Source: a virus. Taken from it: a DNA stretch of 64,000 bases. The notes beneath the pieces were generated by a model that saw nothing but the letters and a program-made list of their open reading frames with translations, ran no database searches and was not told the DNA's origin. Made by a program: the position numbers and the translations under genes. Every line of letters starts with the position of its first letter. Positions within the stretch are counted from its first letter, which is position 1. Shown here in pieces: positions 59,026 to 64,000 of this stretch. The stretch is from the IMG/VR virus record IMGVR_UViG_3300045988_170943, positions 32,001 to 96,000 of that record. One strand, 5' to 3'.

Positions 59026-59535
59026 ATGGCTGAGAGCAGCGAGAGTGAAGTTAACCATGAGCCCGCAGAACCGGAGTTGAAGGATCCTCTGTATAGTAGT
59101 GCGGACGTGTGGCTTGGCGCGTTGAGCAATGCGTCACTTATGTGCTTTGTTGCCTTTATTGTATCCATCATCTTCAATGATCCTATGTTGCTTCTAGGGG
59201 CCGCTTCGGGTGCTATAGCAGGTGGTATTGCTTCTGTGTTCCTGGCTCCTGAAGGCTGTAGGCGTACAGGAGTACGTGTCAGGAGATTACTTTGTAGAGA
59301 TAGGCAGGCGGTCGCTCTTGTACGCACGAAGGATCAACTAGACGCGCCCGTTGACAGGTCTGACGTCCAGGATTCTTCTACTACTTCATCTCATGGCGAT
59401 CCTGACAGTGTTGATGATGTCATTGTGGAACGGCCCGACCTGGATTTGTTTGAGTTTTACGGCCTGAGTGGCGAGCACACTCAAGATACAAGCACTGGTA
59501 ATGAGAACGTCAAACTTGTGAGAGAAGCGCACTAG
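59026..59535 (+). CDS. membrane protein
   Basis: SD agagggagggtaatagga. Two or three TM helices in the N-terminal half. Confidence 0.5.
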   Translation: MAESSESEVNHEPAEPELKDPLYSSADVWLGALSNASLMCFVAFIVSIIFNDPMLLLGAASGAIAGGIASVFLAPEGCRRTGVRVRRLLCRDRQAVALVRTKDQLDAPVDRSDVQDSSTTSSHGDPDSVDDVIVERPDLDLFEFYGLSGEHTQDTSTGNENVKLVREAH

Positions 59536-59548
59536 GAGAGGTAATAGA

Positions 59549-60058
59549 ATGAAGGCTTGTGATTATGGTGTAGAACCGGATTTCATTGTTCGCACTCAGG
59601 AGGAGTGGAGCAACCTCAGCAATAGCATTGCACTGACACGCCGACGGAGGCGCCCTATTGTCGTTATTGACTCACCTGCCATTTATAACATCATCATCGA
59701 CGGGAAGTCGTCCCTGTATGAGGTACACGTGGTCGGTGAGACCCGCCTATGCAGTGCCCTGAACTTCACGATCCACACAGTGAAGGATGATGCGATCATT
59801 GAACTGGCAGATGTGGGCAGAATTGGGAAAATGTGTGGCAGATCCAGGGTCTTCGAGATGAGATACACCACTGTCATGGCGATGACCGGTGAGGCGAAGG
59901 TGAATGATGCTTTCCGGTCTGAGGTTCTGGTCGCCGACTATGATCTCATCCTCAATGGTGGTCCGAGCGAGTTGTTTTCTAGGACCATGAACACCAACTT
60001 CTTCAAGGAGATAGCATCCTACTTGGGTGGCGAAGGAGAGAACCAGGTCGGCTTCTGA
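59549..60058 (+). CDS. hypothetical protein
   Basis: SD ctaggagaggtaataga; 13 nt after the previous stop (likely co-transcribed pair). Confidence 0.5.
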   Translation: MKACDYGVEPDFIVRTQEEWSNLSNSIALTRRRRRPIVVIDSPAIYNIIIDGKSSLYEVHVVGETRLCSALNFTIHTVKDDAIIELADVGRIGKMCGRSRVFEMRYTTVMAMTGEAKVNDAFRSEVLVADYDLILNGGPSELFSRTMNTNFFKEIASYLGGEGENQVGF

Positions 60059-60412
60059 TCGCGTAGAAGAGAGTGGAGCGGGGAATTTATTTCTCTCTCT
60101 TCTCTTATCCCCTCAAGTCACACCCCACCGGTATTGACTCCTACCCTCACCTTAGTGCGCCATCATTGACGGGGCTCTGACTACCCCCAGTGCGCAGTAA
60201 TCTGCTTGCTTTAGTAGGGACACTGTTCCAAGTGTCAGCAACGAGCGCCTGTACTGTCGCTCGCAGTCACCTACATCAAGGGTGCTCTTGCTCGCACTGG
60301 TGATGTTGTGTTCGGGCTCACACCGGATGACACACGCAAGGTCACACCCCTTGTAGTAGAATGAGCCCTAAAGTAAGAACCGAATCTGATCACACAGGCA
60401 GGAGTAGGGTAA

Positions 60413-61108
60413 GTGGACATGAATCCGCGTAAGATCGGTGCCATCATTCTTGTTGTGCTCGCGCTCGCGTTCTCGTGCGTGCGGATCGCGGGAGACAACA
60501 AGCCCACAGGAGAGACCACTAAGGATGCAGCCGACTCACAGGCAGTAGTCGAGACCATCAACAACGCCAAGGAGATCCGGGCAACCAAGTCCTGGTTCAC
60601 CTGGGGCGACGAGTGGACAGTCTACGCCGACGACAAAGAGGTGGGGAAAGTCAGGGGTAAGACCTGGCCTGTCCTAGGGGACACCTACTCCCTCTACACG
60701 ACCAATGGGAACCTTGTGGGGTCAGAGTCGGAGAACCCACAGATCATCTCCCACAAGGCCGGAATCTACGACTGGAACAACCAGGAGACTGGACACCTGG
60801 ATGCGGAGATTCTGACATTCCTGGCAAAGGTCCAAGTCTACCACGGTGACACCAAGGTAGGGGTGTCTCAGCAGAAGTTCGGCCTCACCTTCAACACTGA
60901 CATCAAGGATAACAATGATGTTACCGGATGGAAGATGAGTCGCGCGTTCTTCTCCTTCACATCCGACCTCACCATTACGAAGAAGACCGACACCGAGGTC
61001 ACTGGCATGGACGCACTGTGGGTGTCACTCATGATGAGTGAAATCCATGACGCAAAGTCCAGCAGCGACAGCGGGAGCAGCAGCCGAAACCGCTCATCAC
61101 GCCACTAA
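60413..61108 (+). CDS. secreted or membrane-anchored protein (N-terminal signal/anchor, Ser-rich C-terminal tail)
   Basis: Hydrophobic N-terminus KIGAIILVVLALAFSC; SD caggagtagggtaag. Confidence 0.5.
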   Translation: MDMNPRKIGAIILVVLALAFSCVRIAGDNKPTGETTKDAADSQAVVETINNAKEIRATKSWFTWGDEWTVYADDKEVGKVRGKTWPVLGDTYSLYTTNGNLVGSESENPQIISHKAGIYDWNNQETGHLDAEILTFLAKVQVYHGDTKVGVSQQKFGLTFNTDIKDNNDVTGWKMSRAFFSFTSDLTITKKTDTEVTGMDALWVSLMMSEIHDAKSSSDSGSSSRNRSSRH

Positions 61109-61131
61109 CCCTACAGCAATGGAGAATCAGC

Positions 61132-61416
61132 ATGAACCAGTATATTCAGCAGATAGATGATTTCAATAAGTGGTGGACTAGGGCAGAGTTACAAGTTACG
61201 GCTCTATCTGCCCTGTCCGCTCACAATGATGCAACAGCCATTCAGGACCAGATGAGCCAGGTTGTTGACCTGCTGAAGCAGATTGCTGAGTCGCAAAAAG
61301 TGCAGACCGCGATCCTTGAAGGCATCGCAAAAGACAAGGGCATTAAGAACACCTGGGATGCGCACAGGGAGACAGATCACACGTTAAATGCTGCCACAGA
61401 ACGTAGCATTGAGTGA
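61132..61416 (+). CDS. hypothetical helical protein
   Basis: 94 aa ORF; lower-GC segment. Confidence 0.45.
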   Translation: MNQYIQQIDDFNKWWTRAELQVTALSALSAHNDATAIQDQMSQVVDLLKQIAESQKVQTAILEGIAKDKGIKNTWDAHRETDHTLNAATERSIE

Positions 61417-61442
61417 GTGACGAGTAACTGGAAAGGTCACTA

Positions 61443-62093
61443 ATGACACGTGTAAACGTCCACAACACTACCGACTGGGATCGTGTTGACTGGAGTAACC
61501 CAGATCTGACTGAAGTGGTTGTTGACATTGATGACCCATATACGGTTATCGATGGCACCGGTAGATGTGACACGAACATTGGTATCGCGGTTGTTGTTGA
61601 TTCCAGGATTGGGGTGGTGAAGAACGTGGGCCATCTTGTTGTCAAACCGCACCCCATTGTCAGATTTCATAAAGATAATCTACGCATTAAAAACTGTACT
61701 GCCGTAAACGTTAATGATGGGGTGATTGTCACTAAAGTTACTGGTTCGAATCTTTTCATGGATGGCTCATCCCTGGTGCTTGTCGCAGAGAATTGCGATG
61801 TCATGTCCATGTCCGGTGATTCTCAAATCAACAAGGCCATTGATTCTGTGATTGACTCCATGATCGATAAGTCAACTATCTGTTTCGCAGATAAGAACAC
61901 CTGTATCAAGTTGATGGAAGATATGTCACAGGTGGATCGTCTTGAAGGGCACATCCTCATGCTTGACGGGTGCGCTTGTGTCGAGAAGATGACGAATGCA
62001 GCAATTGTTGAGACAGCCAGGTGCCGTACCATCGTTCGTAACGTAGAAGACGGTTCCAAGGTGGAGGTAGCGTATGACTATTCCTTAGAATGA
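61443..62093 (+). CDS. hypothetical protein (repetitive, Val/Asp/Asn-rich); 3' end overlaps the TnpB copy 3 stop region
   Basis: 216 aa ORF in a lower-GC segment; convergent 16 nt overlap with tnpB copy 3. Confidence 0.45.
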   Translation: MTRVNVHNTTDWDRVDWSNPDLTEVVVDIDDPYTVIDGTGRCDTNIGIAVVVDSRIGVVKNVGHLVVKPHPIVRFHKDNLRIKNCTAVNVNDGVIVTKVTGSNLFMDGSSLVLVAENCDVMSMSGDSQINKAIDSVIDSMIDKSTICFADKNTCIKLMEDMSQVDRLEGHILMLDGCACVEKMTNAAIVETARCRTIVRNVEDGSKVEVAYDYSLE

Positions 62094-62230
62094 ACCCCAC
62101 CCACAGTATTAGCGGATAGGTTCGCCTTTGGAATTGTCGTGCCGCTGGTTGTCTGAAACCACACATTGTGGTCCACCGCAGAAACCCTAGTGTCTGCGGG
62201 GCACATCCCCTTACTCACCTCCCTAGAAGG
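62050..62230 (-). ncRNA. Putative omega-RNA of TnpB copy 3
   Basis: Same conserved 3' scaffold as the other copies; copy-specific sequence after TCATACGCT. Confidence 0.35.
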
Positions 62231-63640
62231 TGTAACAGAGGGGTGAATCTTTGGCCTGTTCTGTGGGGCCTTAGGTGTTGGTTTGTTCTTCGTACCAGGA
62301 TGCTTGAGCGGCTTTGCATGGCACTTGGATCTTCTGATGCGCTTCGTCTTCGTGGCGTGCCGTCTCCTGGTCTGGCAGGCCTTGGCATGGTTGGCTCGCT
62401 GAGCAATATTCGCCGCAGCATTCAGGTCACGGTGATGGGTGATGTCGCATGAATGGCATACGGGATTACTGTAGTCGCTCATGTCCAGGGTAGCCTGACA
62501 CACATGACACCTTTTCGAGGTGAATGCCGCGTTCACTCTGAGGACCCTACCTCCGTCGGACTCAACCATGTCCCGAGTACGCCTGTGGACCTCGCCACGA
62601 AACCAGCGGCCGAACTTCATGGTGTTCTTGATGTGAGACAAGTCCTCAAAGGAGACGATGGCATTGTCATAACGCCAGGCTGCGTCCGCGATCTCCTGAG
62701 CAATGAGGATACTCAGTTCCTTACGACGATTCGACAAGTGAGCCCTGTGAGAAACCGCTTCCTCATCCTTGCCTTTTCTCTTCAAGGATGTTACTTGTAC
62801 CTGCCCGCGCTTGATCTTGTTGCTCAGTGATCTTGCTCTTTGATCGAGTAGAGATTGCTCAACAATCTCCTTATTCTTGGTGTCCCATACCACATAGGCG
62901 GCAGGGTTGGTAACTCCAACATCTACACCAATGATATAGCGCTCAGAGAACTTTGGTCGGCCAGGATCGGTTTTCCCATGAAAACCAAACATCACACGGT
63001 TGTTCTTGTCAACCCAGATGTCTGGGACACCAGGTTCACAACCATCCTCCAACAACTGCGGAGGCACCGGAAAATACAGTACCACCCACTGACCTTGAAC
63101 AATCACCTTCAACTCAATACGATCCGACTTAACAGTCATCTCTCTATATTGCCTATCGGCAGCAGAAAGAGATAATCTAGGTTGCAGAGATGATGGTTTT
63201 GAGTCCCTAACTGTCCTTTTCCAGCCGGTAGAGACATAACCACTATAGTTTTGGTTAACGGCCCCTGCTCTGGTAGCCCAGGACCTTAGATTGGTGACTA
63301 CTTGCTCTCTGAACATACGTTCAAATCTGGAACTACCGCTCCTGAACCGCTCCTTCACCTCAACTGGAAGTTTCAGGCCCATCATATATCCTGCACCTGA
63401 TGGTTTAAGTCTGTCGAAGTAGGTCACCAGCGCAAGGTTCTGCTCGGTCATCTCCCGCAAAGCATAGTGGGCGACCAGTTCAGCATCCGCTCTGATGCCG
63501 TCCAGGACTTCCTTGAGGTTTAGAGGATCGCCACTCTTGCTGAACGCAGCATACGGTGTGCGAGGGTACGTGCGAGACACAGCGCCTCTAGGCACTTCTG
63601 GTGAACCTCCCCTCAAGGACTTGACCGGCTAACGGTGTGT
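62069..63640 (-). mobile_element. IS605-family (IS1341-like, tnpB-only) insertion sequence, copy 3
   Basis: Aligns to copies 1 and 2. Confidence 0.6.
62078..63595 (-). CDS. tnpB: TnpB-like RNA-guided endonuclease, ~505 aa, probable GTG start
   Basis: Same motifs. SD gaggggagg then GTG (plus-strand cac at about 63593-63595) aligns with the copy 1 ATG. Confidence 0.85.
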   Translation of the reverse strand: MPRGAVSRTYPRTPYAAFSKSGDPLNLKEVLDGIRADAELVAHYALREMTEQNLALVTYFDRLKPSGAGYMMGLKLPVEVKERFRSGSSRFERMFREQVVTNLRSWATRAGAVNQNYSGYVSTGWKRTVRDSKPSSLQPRLSLSAADRQYREMTVKSDRIELKVIVQGQWVVLYFPVPPQLLEDGCEPGVPDIWVDKNNRVMFGFHGKTDPGRPKFSERYIIGVDVGVTNPAAYVVWDTKNKEIVEQSLLDQRARSLSNKIKRGQVQVTSLKRKGKDEEAVSHRAHLSNRRKELSILIAQEIADAAWRYDNAIVSFEDLSHIKNTMKFGRWFRGEVHRRTRDMVESDGGRVLRVNAAFTSKRCHVCQATLDMSDYSNPVCHSCDITHHRDLNAAANIAQRANHAKACQTRRRHATKTKRIRRSKCHAKPLKHPGTKNKPTPKAPQNRPKIHPSVTPSREVSKGMCPADTRVSAVDHNVWFQTTSGTTIPKANLSANTVGGVHSKE

Positions 63641-64000
63641 GTGATAAAAAAGGATTAGTGGAGAGCACCAGCACGAGCAGGATAACGTAACAATACTGGG
63701 CCACAGTGGAATAGACACTGACGGGTTCTGGGTGGGAGAGGTTCTTGTTGAAGACCTAGACGGCAAGAACAATGGTGACACCTTGGGTGGGGAAAGCAAC
63801 CTGTTGACAGTGTATCCACCATATGCTGTCAACCACAGCAGCAAGACGGTTCCCTACAGTTTTAACAAGGAGGATCTGTTGAGTATTGGGTTCTCAGATG
63901 TTGTCGTAAAACGTAGCAGCAAGTGAGTGATGCCACTTGAATCGCATTAGCGACTTCAGAGAGTGTGCCACCTAATCACAATACCAGCAGTGAGGTTAGG

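Noticed and set aside
61735-61760. tRNA-like GGTTCGAATC (T-loop-like) string
   Set aside because: It lies inside a well-formed coding frame (61443-62093) with no acceptor or anticodon stem context. I saw no tRNA, rRNA or CRISPR repeat array anywhere in the window.
1-64000. Possibility that the window is from a GC-rich eukaryotic giant virus (multigene families, Fanzor-like TnpB)
   Set aside because: Genes carry clear SD sequences at 5-10 nt from ATG, GTG or TTG starts. Promoters are sigma70-like -35/-10 pairs, and terminators are rho-independent hairpins with T tails. All of these are bacterial features.

Overview
This 64 kb window has about 53% GC and is gene-dense, bacterial-type accessory DNA. 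It reads like a hypervariable or mobile region (phage-like or island-like) rather than core chromosome. I could not recognise any housekeeping, replication or virion-structural gene, P-loop ATPase, rRNA, tRNA or CRISPR array. Four things stand out.

(1) There are three copies of an IS605-family element carrying only tnpB (IS1341-like). Each carries a 505-508 aa RuvC plus zinc-finger TnpB. A conserved omega-RNA-like 3' segment overlaps the tnpB C-terminus and extends about 10 nt past the stop, after which the three copies diverge into flank sequence. The copies are at about 13.3-14.9 kb (minus), 52.2-53.8 kb (plus) and 62.1-63.6 kb (minus).

(2) Almost every gene is a separate single-gene unit (monocistronic). 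More than 25 of them carry the same extended promoter architecture: AGTTCAC, 11 nt, TTGNNN (-35), 17-18 nt, TAnnnT (-10). A 40-110 nt leader and a Shine-Dalgarno (SD) sequence follow, and the unit often ends in a strong GC-rich hairpin terminator.

(3) Most of the predicted proteins fall into diverged paralogous families with no recognisable function. Typically one member sits in the first half of the window and one in the second. Local order is partly conserved (A-D, E-F), which suggests an old segmental duplication followed by rearrangement.

(4) One family member is a split gene interrupted by an in-frame TAG at 7479-7481, at a position where its intact, fused paralogue has tyrosine.

Recognisable products are few. 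They are a CPBP/CAAX-type intramembrane protease (65-1126, minus), a type IV prepilin-like N-terminus (35093-35647), a weak ligase-like nucleotidyltransferase signature (36926-37624, minus), and several small membrane proteins, some in low-GC islets. All start coordinates refined from the ORF track were inferred by eye from SD spacing and paralogue alignment. They could be off by a codon.
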